Assembly (NCBI GenBank): GCA_964425325.1
Contig: CAYRLX010000003.1
Coordinates: 30,855-94,854, forward strand
Direction: 5' to 3'
DNA length: 64,000 bases
Source: an uncultured Muribaculaceae bacterium
Lineage (GTDB): Bacteria; Bacillota_I; Bacilli_A; RF39; UBA660
Below are positions 63,673-64,000 of the stretch, piece by piece. The notes below the pieces were generated by a model. It had not been told where the DNA came from. It ran no database searches and was given only the letters and a program-made list of their open reading frames with translations. The translations under genes and the position numbers were made by a program. Positions within the stretch are counted from its first letter, which is position 1. Each line of letters begins with the position of its first letter.

Positions 63673-64000
63673 ATGATGAAAAAGCGAGAAATTAAAAAGA
63701 AAAGTTTATTTATTTTTGGTATTATTTTATTACTATTTGGTTTAGTTATGTTATTGATTAACTTTGGGGGTGGTAATATTAAAACTAAACTTGTAAATCT
63801 TGGCTACCAAGAAGATGAGATAGAAAAAATAATTAATAATGTCCCTAGTAATGGTTATCATTTACTTAAGAAATATGATAAGTCTATTCTAGATTTGATT
63901 AGTTCTAAGAATTATAATCCTAAATTGTTTTCAAAGTATTATGAATATTATTCAAGGAATAAAAAAAGTAATATAAAAGATATTATTACTATCATAAATT
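63673..64000 (+). CDS. Second VanY-like membrane-anchored protein, 5' part (runs off the window)
   Basis: Hand translation gives 'MMKKREIKKKSLFIFGIILLLFGLVMLLINFGGGNIKTKLVNLGYQEDEIEKIINN...'. It has the same N-terminal layout as the preceding gene (TM, then the 'LG(Y)(S/Q)E.EI..I' module). It is truncated by the window edge and is not in the ORF track. Confidence 0.6.
   Translation, partial: MMKKREIKKKSLFIFGIILLLFGLVMLLINFGGGNIKTKLVNLGYQEDEIEKIINNVPSNGYHLLKKYDKSILDLISSKNYNPKLFSKYYEYYSRNKKSNIKDIITIIN

Noticed and set aside
1-64000. CRISPR arrays, tRNA/rRNA genes, IS elements, prophage or integrase genes
   Set aside because: I scanned every intergenic region longer than 80 nt (for example 45366-45623, 16116-16400, 54362-54537, 11674-11826). 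They contain only promoters, leaders and hairpins. There are no regularly spaced repeats, no cloverleaf-capable GC-rich segments and no transposase-like or recombinase-like ORFs.

Overview
Very AT-rich chromosomal segment from an endospore-forming Bacillota (Firmicutes) bacterium. It uses the standard code: UGA is a stop, and the RF2 gene carries its classic UGA +1 frameshift. There are about 75 protein genes, roughly two thirds on the minus strand, and nearly all are core housekeeping genes. Groups present: replication and repair (polC, polA, nfo, mutM, ruvX); translation (efp, rpmG, rpsT, serS, glyQS, prfA, prmC, prfB); RNA turnover (rnr, rny); transcription (rpoE, greA); cell envelope and division (two PBPs, ftsEX, divIC, mltG, VanY-type peptidases); central metabolism (pyk, pduL); and many sporulation genes (gpr, spoIIP, gerQ, yabG, spoVG, yabP, yabQ, yunB). 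Several blocks are syntenic with Bacillus subtilis: rpsT|gpr-spoIIP-yqxA; nfo|yqfT; yabG-veg...spoVG-yabP-yabQ-divIC; yutD-yunB; ruvX-yrzB-mltG-yrrM-yrrN-yrrO...greA. Two T-box leaders (serS, glyQS) are recognisable. I saw no rRNA, tRNA, CRISPR array, transposase, integrase, phage genes or classic defence island. Accessory material is limited to a few items. (1) An islet between prfA and rpoE holds a RelE/HigB-like ORF missing from the ORF track (non-ATG/GTG/TTG start), an HTH-linker-ImmA/IrrE metallopeptidase fusion, and a DUF285/BspA-type surface protein. (2) Two direct-orientation paralogous genes encode Cys-rich secreted proteins with a TasA/SipW-like N-terminal signal; one is inserted with a DUF975 membrane protein into the conserved yrr operon. 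(3) A Fic protein. (4) An orphan prepilin-like gene overlapping a GtrA gene. (5) Several unassignable membrane or coiled-coil proteins. The best candidates for something undescribed are the toxin/HTH-protease module and the TasA-signal Cys-rich paralog family. Neither is proven, and all family assignments come from motif recognition by eye, not from searches.
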